Assembly: GCA_002306345.1 (NCBI GenBank)
Contig: DBRQ01000002.1
Location: 69,141 to 103,409 of the forward strand
DNA: 34,269 bases
Reading direction: 5' to 3'
Source of the DNA: Candidatus Pacebacteria bacterium UBA1364
GTDB lineage: Bacteria; Patescibacteriota; Microgenomatia; UBA1400; PJMF01
Program-made: the position numbers and the translations under genes
Shown here: positions 1 to 8,373 of the stretch, piece by piece
Layout: each line of letters opens with the position of its first letter
How positions within the stretch are numbered: the first letter of the stretch is position 1
The notes under the pieces: model-generated
Database searches by the model: none
What the model was told of the DNA's origin: nothing
What the model saw: the letters and a program-made list of their open reading frames with translations, nothing else

Positions 1-956
1 CCTGAACAATGAGCAATCACTGGTGTACCAAAAGCCATCGCCTCAATAGGTACCATCCCAAAATCTTCGTCTTCAACTGGATAAAGTAAAACTCTAGCAT
101 CGCGATAGAGTGTCGCCAATTGTTGATCATCTACTCCTCCCAAAAATTCCACTGTTTCACCAGCCATCGCTTTGAGGCCATCAAGCATGGAACCGGAACC
201 AACTACCTTCAAGGGCAAACCCAATTGTGTGGCGACTTTTATGGCTAATTCGGGATGTTTGGCCATGGCTAAGCGACCAGCGTAAAAATAATAAGAATTT
301 TTTTTCTTTTGAGTAAAAGTCTGTAATTCCTTGGCACTTAATCGATGAAAAAAAGTGGCAGCTTGGTCATAAATCTTAATTGGCGGATTGATAATAATAC
401 TTTCTCGTTTGTAAAATTTCTTGATTCTTAGGGCTGTTTCTTGAGAATTGGCGATTAAAACATCTGGATTTTGAGCAGCTTTAAAATCCATTTGTCTGAC
501 AAAATGATTGAGTAAATTTCCAGCAAATCGCGTCCATGGATTAGCTTGCCAATTACTTTTAGCACTGTAACCATATAAAACTCTTGGGGGAGTATGACAA
601 TAACAATAATGTTTGCCATTTGGCACTTTAGAGGCCTTGGCAAAATAAGCGTTGGTGGAGCTAATCACTACGTCATAGGCACTAAGGTCAAATTGTTCAA
701 AAGCCCATTTAGCAAAAATGCGCATTGGTGAAAAAAGTTTTTTATAAAAAGGAAATTTTGTTAATTTACTTTGATGAATTTCCCAATTAGCAAAACGCTG
801 CCAATCTTGTCCCATAGCTTTTTGGTCAACAAAAGCAGTATAAACTGGTGCATCGGGAAAAATCTCATGAAGACTTTCTAAAACACGCTCAGCGCCGCCA
901 TATTCTCGCAGGTAATCGTGTACCAAGGCCACTTTAAGGGCAGTATTGTTTGACAT
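1..956 (-). CDS. Glycosyltransferase family 4 (GT-B); 3' end runs off the window
   Basis: Not in the ORF track; translated by hand from ATG at 956: MSNNTALKVALVHDYLREYGGAERVL...YAGRLAMAKH...EDFGMVPIEAMAFGTPVIA (GGAER and ExFGxxxxEA motifs). Confidence 0.92.
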   Translation of the reverse strand, partial: MSNNTALKVALVHDYLREYGGAERVLESLHEIFPDAPVYTAFVDQKAMGQDWQRFANWEIHQSKLTKFPFYKKLFSPMRIFAKWAFEQFDLSAYDVVISSTNAYFAKASKVPNGKHYCYCHTPPRVLYGYSAKSNWQANPWTRFAGNLLNHFVRQMDFKAAQNPDVLIANSQETALRIKKFYKRESIIINPPIKIYDQAATFFHRLSAKELQTFTQKKKNSYYFYAGRLAMAKHPELAIKVATQLGLPLKVVGSGSMLDGLKAMAGETVEFLGGVDDQQLATLYRDARVLLYPVEDEDFGMVPIEAMAFGTPVIAHCS

Positions 957-1002
957 AATTGTTCATTGCTCACAATTTTATAATTTTAACCGTTATGACT
1001 TA

Positions 1003-1935
1003 TTAAAACAGGGCTTCCTGTACTGAGGTTTCAAAAGCATCTCTGGGCAACGCACTGATTAAAGATTTAAAACCCAAACTCTGAAAAATTTGAATCACTT
1101 GATTTTTATCATAGGAAGTTACCCGACAATCTTCTAGATTAAAGTCAATAGGCGCCTGACATTCAATGGTAGCTAAATCTTTACTCATTAGGGCTGATGC
1201 TTGACCATTACGCAATTTTTCTAATAGATTACCTTTAAGCAAGTTGTCGCCTTGCGCATTATGAGCTAAAAAGTCATAAATATTTTCCACAGTCCCAAAT
1301 CTTTGAATCAAGGCAATTGCAGTTTTCGGGCCTATACCCTTAATACCAGGAATATTATCGGAACTATCACCCATTAAAGCCTTTAAATCAATCACCTGCG
1401 AAGGTTTAATACCTAGTTTTTTTTCGACTAAGTCCTCATCATATTCAATGTCGCCTTTTTGTTTGCCCCGAGCGGGCATCCAAATGTGAGTGTCGTTGTC
1501 AACTAATTGAAAAGCATCTTGATCGCCCGTCACAATAATTGTCAATAATTGACCATCTAGGTTTTCAACTTTGCAATTCACTGTACCAATTAAATCATCA
1601 GCTTCAAAACCTTCCACTTCAAATTTAGGAATGCCGAGGGCTGTCACAATGTCTTTAATAATTTGAATCTGCGGGATTAAATCATCGGGCATTTTGGCTC
1701 GTTGTGCTTTATAACCATCAAATTTTTTATGCCGGAAAGTGGGTTTTTGATGATCAAAACAAACAGCCGCATATTCAGGCTCAAAGTAAGTAATGGCATT
1801 CAACAGCATTTTGCTAAAACCAAAAACGGCATTAACTAGTTGGCCATTTGGGTCGGTTAAATTAGGTAAGGCATAATAAGCACGGTAAATCAGAGCATGA
1901 GCATCAACTAAAAGAAATTTTCTGCGAGAAGACAT
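1003..1935 (-). CDS. Stand-alone 5'-3' exonuclease / flap endonuclease (DNA polymerase I N-terminal domain)
   Basis: LLVDAHALIYRAYYA, EADDLIGT, TGDQD, GDSSDNIPGIKGIGPKTA motifs; ends at 310 aa with no polymerase domain. Confidence 0.93.
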   Translation of the reverse strand: MSSRRKFLLVDAHALIYRAYYALPNLTDPNGQLVNAVFGFSKMLLNAITYFEPEYAAVCFDHQKPTFRHKKFDGYKAQRAKMPDDLIPQIQIIKDIVTALGIPKFEVEGFEADDLIGTVNCKVENLDGQLLTIIVTGDQDAFQLVDNDTHIWMPARGKQKGDIEYDEDLVEKKLGIKPSQVIDLKALMGDSSDNIPGIKGIGPKTAIALIQRFGTVENIYDFLAHNAQGDNLLKGNLLEKLRNGQASALMSKDLATIECQAPIDFNLEDCRVTSYDKNQVIQIFQSLGFKSLISALPRDAFETSVQEALF

Positions 1936-1950
1936 GCATCTATTCTAACA

Positions 1951-2391
1951 TTACTTTTTTTTATTATTTATTTTGTGCTCACCGGTTTGTAAAATAATAA
2001 AATCAGTTTTCCTTTTGGTTACATCAAGATCTTCGATGATTTGATCCAGTTTTTTGTCCATTCTCTCCCATTGGTAATTGTCTCGTTTACGATGTAATTG
2101 AATCACTAAACTACCAATGATACTACTAGTCATAACGACACCTATGACTTGCAAAACTATACCCAATACTCTGCCTTCAAAAGTTACTGGCACTACATCA
2201 CCATAACCCACCGAAGTGATCGTTGACACCATCCACCAAATTGCATCTCCAAAGTTATTAATTGTCGCTTTTGGTTGTCCAGATTCTAAAGGAACTATTA
2301 AAATAGCAATCGAAAAAGAAAGAAAAAGCAAGGCAGTCAGAATTTTACGTAAAGTACGTTGACGCAACAATTGGGCGAGTATATTTCTCAT
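1951..2391 (-). CDS. Two-TM potassium channel (KcsA-like)
   Basis: Pore helix and filter DAIWWMVSTITSVGYGD between two hydrophobic segments. Confidence 0.9.
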   Translation of the reverse strand: MRNILAQLLRQRTLRKILTALLFLSFSIAILIVPLESGQPKATINNFGDAIWWMVSTITSVGYGDVVPVTFEGRVLGIVLQVIGVVMTSSIIGSLVIQLHRKRDNYQWERMDKKLDQIIEDLDVTKRKTDFIILQTGEHKINNKKK

Positions 2392-2412
2392 ATTAAATAC
2401 ACATTTTTAATA

Positions 2413-4422
2413 TTATATTGCTTTGGCTTTAGGTACACCCATGAGTTTTGCAAACTCATCAGCATCTAAAGTTTCTTTATCGAGCAAACTTTCAGCAATT
2501 CTGTCTAAACTAGCACGGTGTGTTGTCAATAAACTAACTGCTTTTTGTTCAGCTTCTGTAATATAGTTTATGATTTCTTCATCCACTTTTTCCTGCATTT
2601 TGCTGGAGGGACGATTTGGTTCACCCCAAATACGATTATAGTCTTCACTTTCATACTGAGAACCAAAATTCATTGGCCCTAATTTACTCATGCCAAAATA
2701 CATCACCATGTTACGAGCAATGCGAGTGACTTGATCAATATCATTACTGGCTCCAGCCGTCTGTTCTTTAAAAATTAACATTTCCGCCGCTCGACCGCCC
2801 AACATTACAGTCATATTATCAATTAGTTCGGACTTTAACACTTGTAACTTGTCTTTTTCCGGAGGAGTAAAAGTGTAACCCAAAGCCTGACCTCTAGAAA
2901 CGATAGAGATACGATGCACTGGATCAGCATAGGGTAAGACGTGAGCCAAAACTGCGTGACCGGCTTCGTGATAAGCGGTCATTCTTTTTTCTTTTTCGTC
3001 TTGTAGACGTTTCTTACTTGGCCCATATTTAGTCTTAAGTGAAGCTTCTTCAATGTCTTCCATGGTAATTTCTTCACGACTTTCTCTAGCAATAGCGATC
3101 GCCGCTTCATTAAGCATATTTTCTAAATCAGCACCAGAAAAGCCAACTGTGCGCTTAGCCACTTTATCCCAATCTAAATCTTTGGTAAAAGTTTTATTTT
3201 TGGCGTGGATGCCCAAAATAAATTTACGTTCTTCTAAGTCTGGCAAGTTGACTTGTACACGACGGTCAAAACGACCCGGTCGGACTAAAGCTGGATCAAG
3301 CATGTCCCCACGATTGGTAGCTGCCATGACAATTACATTGTCATTCTGAGTAAAACCATCCATTTCAACTAAAATCTGATTAAGCGTTTGCTCTCGCTCG
3401 TCGTGAGAAGACATGCTGTTACGACCACGCATTCGACCAATAGCATCAATTTCATCAATAAAAATAATTGATGGTGAAAGCTTTTTGGCTGTATCGAACA
3501 AATCTCTTACTCTAGAAGCACCTACTCCAACTAGCATCTCCATGAACTCACTACCAGCAATCGATAAAAATTGGACATTAGCTTCACCAGCTACCGCTCG
3601 TGCTAATAAAGTTTTACCTGTCCCAGCCGGACCAACTAGCAAAACCCCTTTAGGTGTGCGCGCGCCCACTTTGGTGTATTTCTTAGGATGTTTAAGAAAA
3701 TCAACAATTTCTTCCAATTCTTTCTTGGCCTCATCCATCCCCCCGACATCTTTGAAACTAATATTTTGTTTACCTTTGATAAAAACTTTTGCCTTACTTT
3801 TACCCATACCAAACATGGCGTCAGTGCCACCTTTAGCTTGGCGAAAAATGATCATCAAAAAGACAAACATTAAAATAATTGGTAAAAAGTTCATCACTAA
3901 TTCCCACAACATTTGTAAAACGGTGGCGTCTTGAATTTGTGTATCAATGCTAGCTAAATCAATGCCAGAGGCTTGCAAAATTTCCAAAGCTTGCTGATTT
4001 TTTTCTTTTCTGGCCACTTTTTTACTATCGTCTTTATAAGTTAAACGTAGTTCTTGGCCGTAAACTTCCATTTTGCTAACTTTTTCATCGCGGATATCCG
4101 TTACCATTTGACTAATAGTGATTTGCTCACGCTTTGCTCCTCCGCCAAAAACTCCTAGAATAGAAGGTACAAATAAAAACAAAATCACTAGATAAATTAA
4201 AGTTTTATTGATAAATCTGTTCAAATTAATTTTTAGTTCAATGCGTTTTAAATCACCAGTTGGTTTATTGGACTGTTTAGCGTCTGCTGGTTTAGCTGGC
4301 TGTTGCAGATTAGTCGCCTCTGTTGGCTTAGCAGCCGTTGGCAAATTCGGCGTCGGTTTAGACGTTGATTGAGGCGTCGATTTAAGCGTCGATTTTCTTG
4401 AATCCAAATGTTTTTCATTCAT
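2413..4422 (-). CDS. ftsH: ATP-dependent zinc metalloprotease FtsH
   Basis: Two TM segments, Walker A GPAGTGKT, Walker B IIFIDEID, RPGRFDR, HEAGH zinc motif; low-complexity N-terminal extension. Confidence 0.97.
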   Translation of the reverse strand: MNEKHLDSRKSTLKSTPQSTSKPTPNLPTAAKPTEATNLQQPAKPADAKQSNKPTGDLKRIELKINLNRFINKTLIYLVILFLFVPSILGVFGGGAKREQITISQMVTDIRDEKVSKMEVYGQELRLTYKDDSKKVARKEKNQQALEILQASGIDLASIDTQIQDATVLQMLWELVMNFLPIILMFVFLMIIFRQAKGGTDAMFGMGKSKAKVFIKGKQNISFKDVGGMDEAKKELEEIVDFLKHPKKYTKVGARTPKGVLLVGPAGTGKTLLARAVAGEANVQFLSIAGSEFMEMLVGVGASRVRDLFDTAKKLSPSIIFIDEIDAIGRMRGRNSMSSHDEREQTLNQILVEMDGFTQNDNVIVMAATNRGDMLDPALVRPGRFDRRVQVNLPDLEERKFILGIHAKNKTFTKDLDWDKVAKRTVGFSGADLENMLNEAAIAIARESREEITMEDIEEASLKTKYGPSKKRLQDEKEKRMTAYHEAGHAVLAHVLPYADPVHRISIVSRGQALGYTFTPPEKDKLQVLKSELIDNMTVMLGGRAAEMLIFKEQTAGASNDIDQVTRIARNMVMYFGMSKLGPMNFGSQYESEDYNRIWGEPNRPSSKMQEKVDEEIINYITEAEQKAVSLLTTHRASLDRIAESLLDKETLDADEFAKLMGVPKAKAI

Positions 4423-4455
4423 ATTTAAAAGCTTTCTTTTTTCCTTATCGTCAGT

Positions 4456-4791
4456 TTAACACAAAAGTGCCCCTAACTCTGCTTGCTCACTCAGAGGAAT
4501 AAGGATTGGCTTGAGAGAATTATCAATCATCACCATCATTCCCTGGCTTATGCTTGGACCCATTTTTTTTGCTGTTAAATTGATAACAAAAGGAAATTTT
4601 TTATTTAAAAAATCCGCTTCGCTGTAATACTTTTTCACTCCAGAAAAAATAGTACGCTGACCCAATTCTGCCCCAAAATCTACTTTTAACTCTAATAACT
4701 TTTCACTCCAGTCTGGTACTAACACTTCCGTGACCAGTCCCACGCGCATTTCTACTTTAAGAAAATCGGCAAATTGGATCATTTCAGACAT
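4456..4791 (-). CDS. tRNA-binding OB-fold protein (CsaA / Trbp111 / MetRS C-terminal-like)
   Basis: FADFLKVEMRVG...KLLELKVDFG...RTIFSGV...SQGMM. Confidence 0.88.
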   Translation of the reverse strand: MSEMIQFADFLKVEMRVGLVTEVLVPDWSEKLLELKVDFGAELGQRTIFSGVKKYYSEADFLNKKFPFVINLTAKKMGPSISQGMMVMIDNSLKPILIPLSEQAELGALLC

Positions 4792-5031
4792 AGGAGGTTT
4801 TATTTTACCATCTTTTCCTCAAATAAGATTGAAGAATTTCTCTTATGCCGCGCCTAAGCTACAGTTCATTAAAAATTACTTCACCTTTGCCGTTCATGAA
4901 AAAGTCAACTCGAGTCATCCCTTCGCACTGCAAAATAGTACAGATTTTTTGCCAAAGCTTGGATTTCTTTTTTCTTGGAAACACTAAATTTAACAGGAAC
5001 TAACAAGGTTGCTCAATTTCATCAAGCAAAA

Positions 5032-5898
5032 TTACAGCTCTTCAATTTTGATTGAAGGCTGCATTTCTGGCGCTTCAATTAGGTGTAAATATTTTTCGGT
5101 AGTAGTAATGCGTTTGTGACCAACTAACTGAGAAACATAAACTAAAGGTGTCCCAGCCTTGAGTTGTTCGACTATAAAAGTGTGGCGCAAATCATTTACT
5201 TTGGCATCTTTTACTCCAGCTAAACGGAAATAACGATCAATGGCCGTACGAATATTACGTACTAAAAATGGGCGACAAGTTTTAGTCAAAAATAAAGTCT
5301 TTTCTTTGGCACGAGGACGCAATTTTAGATAATCTAAAATTGATTTTTTGGCGGCAGCATTCAAAGGAATTCGACGAGCCTCGCGGGAATTTTGAGCCTG
5401 GATATAAATTAATTCTCTTTCCAGATCAACATCAGTAATTTGCAAAGCAGCTAATTCACTAATACGCATCCCTGTTTGTAGCAAAATTTCTACAATGGCG
5501 TGCATGCGAGCATCAGCCCGACAAGAATCGCGCAAAGCGCGATATTCTAAGCGAGACAAAATACGAGGCGGAGCCTGATCAAACTTTAGTTGAGAAACTT
5601 CTTGAGTAGGATTACTATCAATTAACCCTTCGCTCACACAAAAGCGAAAAAAAGCTTTAATTGAATTAATTTTTCTAGAAATAGATTTGCTGGTGTAACG
5701 CTGTTTTTTTAGTAGTTCTTTAAAAGATTCAACATCTTCTGCCACTACTTCAGAAAGTAAAGTTTTAGACCTTTTACTTAAAAAATCAGCCAACTGTTCA
5801 ATGTCTTTGCTGTAAGCAATGACTGTGGCATGCGCCTTACCGCTTGCTTTGAGATTATCGGTGAACTTGGCTTGCGCATCGAGTAAGTTTGTGTGCAT
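5032..5898 (-). CDS. Tyrosine recombinase, XerC/XerD-like
   Basis: N-terminal core-binding domain; TGMRISE, NDLRHTF, LVGH, TTEKY motifs. Confidence 0.88.
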   Translation of the reverse strand: MHTNLLDAQAKFTDNLKASGKAHATVIAYSKDIEQLADFLSKRSKTLLSEVVAEDVESFKELLKKQRYTSKSISRKINSIKAFFRFCVSEGLIDSNPTQEVSQLKFDQAPPRILSRLEYRALRDSCRADARMHAIVEILLQTGMRISELAALQITDVDLERELIYIQAQNSREARRIPLNAAAKKSILDYLKLRPRAKEKTLFLTKTCRPFLVRNIRTAIDRYFRLAGVKDAKVNDLRHTFIVEQLKAGTPLVYVSQLVGHKRITTTEKYLHLIEAPEMQPSIKIEEL

Positions 5899-6028
5899 AA
5901 TGGCATCAATCTAAATAAGACAGATAAATAAAATTAAGTTCTTTAACTTTAATATTCCAATATCAGGGTCTTATAATATCATAAAGTAGGTTTATAAACA
6001 AGCATTGTTTGAATATAATGACATCACA

Positions 6029-6400
6029 ATGAATAGAGAAAAAACGTCAAATCTTCTGAACCACCCCTTACTAATCGTTATTTATAGCTGTCTTTGTCTA
6101 TTAGTTATTTTTTCTTTAAGAGAAAGTAGTAAAAAGGCCTTGGTTTCTAAAGAAAGCATTGAAAAATTAGAGAAAAATATTGACTCTTTAGAAAAAGAAG
6201 TAGCCTTAGAAAAGGAAAAACTTAAAGATAGTCAAGATGACATTGCAGTAGAAAAAATCATGCACAATGAACTTTTACTCAAGAAAGAAGGCGAAATTGT
6301 CTTACAAATTCCCGAAGAAAAACCCAGTGATCAAGAAAAACAAGACCCTCAAAAGGAAGAAAACGGACCTTGGCAAGAATGGCAAAAATTGTTGAAATAA
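6029..6400 (+). CDS. Septum formation initiator family protein (FtsB/DivIC-like)
   Basis: One TM helix, coiled coil, then EKIMHNELLLKKEGE; ATG 6029 chosen over TTG 6005 because TATAAT lies 9 nt upstream. Confidence 0.7.
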   Translation: MNREKTSNLLNHPLLIVIYSCLCLLVIFSLRESSKKALVSKESIEKLEKNIDSLEKEVALEKEKLKDSQDDIAVEKIMHNELLLKKEGEIVLQIPEEKPSDQEKQDPQKEENGPWQEWQKLLK

Positions 6401-6422
6401 AGATTTTGTTTTGCCAATTTGA

Positions 6423-6659
6423 TTAGTCAATACGTTTTAAAATTACGTTTCCATCACTGTTAATTACAAGTTTGCAATCACCTAATAAGCCAAGTAATAT
6501 AACTAAACCTGTATTACCGTGTGCTGGTCCTTGTATAATTTTAAACACTTCGTTTGGTAAACATCTACCAGATCTAGATGAAGTAAACTCTTCTTTTAAA
6601 CGAACTTTTTACCCTACAATTAAGCCTGTTTCAGCTTGTAATTCTTTAAAAAACGGCAT
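6423..6659 (-). pseudogene. Small ORF with one in-frame stop codon
   Basis: MPFFKELQAETGLIVG*KVRLKEEF...NVILKRID*; 79 codons with a single internal TAA at 6609-6611. Confidence 0.45.
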
Positions 6660-6666
6660 ATATATT

Positions 6667-6677
6667 TTTGTTGCGGA
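6667..6677 (+). repeat. Left attachment-site core TTTGTTGCGGA
   Basis: Identical to 14307-14317; the sequence after it continues the integrase reading frame. Confidence 0.85.
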
Positions 6678-6793
6678 TGTGGGAAGAAATCCGAACCTGG
6701 ATAATATCAAATAGATTATTTATTTTTCCTGATTTGGCAGTGGAAATACCGAGTAATGAAGAGTATTGGAATTGGAGAAAAAACATTGTCTAA
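6677..6793 (+). other. Displaced 3' end of the integrase gene (38 codons, joined to the gene only after excision)
   Basis: In frame with ...TTG TTG CGG: MWEEIRTWIISNRLFIFPDLAVEIPSNEEYWNWRKNIV*; stop at 6791-6793, just before the convergent gene ending at 6810. Confidence 0.75.
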
Positions 6794-6809
6794 CTATATC
6801 TTGCTACAT

Positions 6810-7655
6810 TTACTTGCCATAACCGCCCACTACCCCCTTTGCTACTTCTATATTGAATCTCAAACTATCATTTTTTTCTAAATATGACTTCACTCTTGGA
6901 AAAATTTCTGCGTATCCCTCAATAAATAGAGGAACAATATAGTTAAGAAAACTTGTTGCTGTTAGTGAACTAGATTCCTGGACCTCTTTTGGATTTTTAT
7001 TTGAAAAATGGTTTGAAATGACCGCATTAGAATGAACAACCGATGACAGCAAATTGTAAACATCAACCCAGTACTTTTCAGATAAAACAGATGTTTCTGC
7101 TATTCCTCTCCAACCACCATTTGGTTTCCAATCAAATGATTTTTTGTTCTGAAGGTTTTTTAATTGACTAATACTTACATTTGATACTGTCTTAGATCTC
7201 AATATTTCTCTGCGTAACTTAAAATAGCGTTTCTTTTCTTTTTTTAACAATTCGTCTGTTTTATCTGAAAAAGAAAGTTGCTTCTGCCTTTGCGATAAAG
7301 AGGATGCATCCCAAATTTTATGCCTGAGCTTTTTAACTCTAGTTCCAACAGTGGGATCAATAAAAACATAACTGAATACAAGATATGCTTCTAAAGCTGA
7401 TCTTACTATGCTGTAAATGGAAGAATAATCTATGAAATTAATATTACTTTTTATCGTGCTTATTTGAGGTTTAGTACCTTCTAGTAAATCAAGAACACTC
7501 AATGAATGGCAAGCCACTTTTTGAAGTAATGATTCTGAATCAATAATCCAATCATCTGATTTTTGAGGAACAAAGCCTTTATTGAGTTCTAAAATTTCAT
7601 ATAAGATAGTTACCCAATATTTTAGATCATTTATTTCACCAGGAATTTTGTTCAT
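6810..7655 (-). CDS. DUF5677-like helical protein (possibly HEPN-related cargo)
   Basis: Motifs IVRSALEAY and YNLLSSVVH; family recognised by eye only. Confidence 0.55.
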   Translation of the reverse strand: MNKIPGEINDLKYWVTILYEILELNKGFVPQKSDDWIIDSESLLQKVACHSLSVLDLLEGTKPQISTIKSNINFIDYSSIYSIVRSALEAYLVFSYVFIDPTVGTRVKKLRHKIWDASSLSQRQKQLSFSDKTDELLKKEKKRYFKLRREILRSKTVSNVSISQLKNLQNKKSFDWKPNGGWRGIAETSVLSEKYWVDVYNLLSSVVHSNAVISNHFSNKNPKEVQESSSLTATSFLNYIVPLFIEGYAEIFPRVKSYLEKNDSLRFNIEVAKGVVGGYGK

Positions 7656-7694
7656 TTAGTTCTAATTTTAACATCGATTTAATCAAGTTCTTAA

Positions 7695-7703
7695 TGCTAT
7701 AAT
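7695..7703 (+). promoter_or_regulatory. Extended -10 promoter TGCTATAAT
   Basis: Perfect TGnTATAAT just upstream of the structured region at 7717. Confidence 0.6.
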
Positions 7704-7716
7704 CAGCCTAACAAAA

Positions 7717-7886
7717 ATCTGCGGCGAACTATTTTTTGTTGTGCCTCCTGTGGCACAAAGCATCGAACCCAAAAAAGGGCTACCTTCAAAGGGTTTGATG
7801 CTTCGCCGCAGATAATACCGGAGGTAGTCCTTTTGTATGTGGACACCTCCTTATAACAAATTATAAGTTTGCAATTCAGTTGCAAA
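7717..7886 (+). ncRNA. Candidate structured RNA or long 5' leader, family not recognised
   Basis: Stems 7717-7728/7802-7813 (12 bp perfect), 7739-7745/7752-7758, 7759-7770/7791-7802, 7820-7830/7841-7850, 7868-7874/7880-7886; strand inferred from the promoter. Confidence 0.55.
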
Positions 7887-7897
7887 GAAAGAGGTAT

Positions 7898-8326
7898 ATG
7901 AAAAATAAAAAGAAATTTCTCATAATCGGCTTAATAATCTTCGTAGTCTATGTTGTTGGTGCTATTGGAAGCTCTCTAGATAGTCAAAATGGGGGTTCTG
8001 AAGAAGTTTCTGATCAGATAAGCATCACGCTATCTCTTGAGGATAAACAAAAGGTATTTTATGAAGTTGTTGAAGCAGAAGATAGAGCTCAGAAAGAAGC
8101 TGATTCGCAATATCCAACTGATTCAAAATCTATTAATGAAGAAGGCCTTTATCAAAACAAAGAAAAGCTGGAAGAACGCATTGATAATAATGCAACATTA
8201 TCTTTCGATTTGCAAGAACAATACCGTATGCAAATTTTAGAAAAATATAATCTTACTGAAGAACAATGGAAATCTATTGCTCTAGAAGGAGCTGAAAATG
8301 ATTGGCCTATGCCTAATCTAGAGTAA
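7898..8326 (+). CDS. Membrane-anchored or secreted hypothetical protein
   Basis: GAGG SD before ATG 7898; basic N-terminus and one hydrophobic helix. Confidence 0.75.
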   Translation: MKNKKKFLIIGLIIFVVYVVGAIGSSLDSQNGGSEEVSDQISITLSLEDKQKVFYEVVEAEDRAQKEADSQYPTDSKSINEEGLYQNKEKLEERIDNNATLSFDLQEQYRMQILEKYNLTEEQWKSIALEGAENDWPMPNLE

Positions 8327-8373
8327 ATACTCTATACTAGAGTACAATAAGTCTTAACAATGAAATATAAATA

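Noticed and set aside
3053-3934. Antisense and alternate-frame ORFs inside ftsH (likewise in groEL, tsaD, cmk, nrdJ, nrdR and the PBPs)
   Set aside because: Shadow frames of well-supported genes
4730-4987. 85-aa plus-strand ORF (also 17166-17351 and 455-643)
   Set aside because: Overlap real genes, lack motifs, likely spurious
5890-5917. dif-like site TGTGTGCATAA-N6-CAATCTAAATA at the xer start
   Set aside because: Only the left arm resembles E. coli dif; the right arm matches poorly
6472-6714. 80-aa plus-strand ORF crossing the left att core
   Set aside because: TTG start, no motif, antisense to the pseudogene frame and out of frame with the integrase tail
7703-7885. 60-aa minus-strand ORF over the structured region
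   Set aside because: TTG start without SD; the sequence is better explained by base pairing
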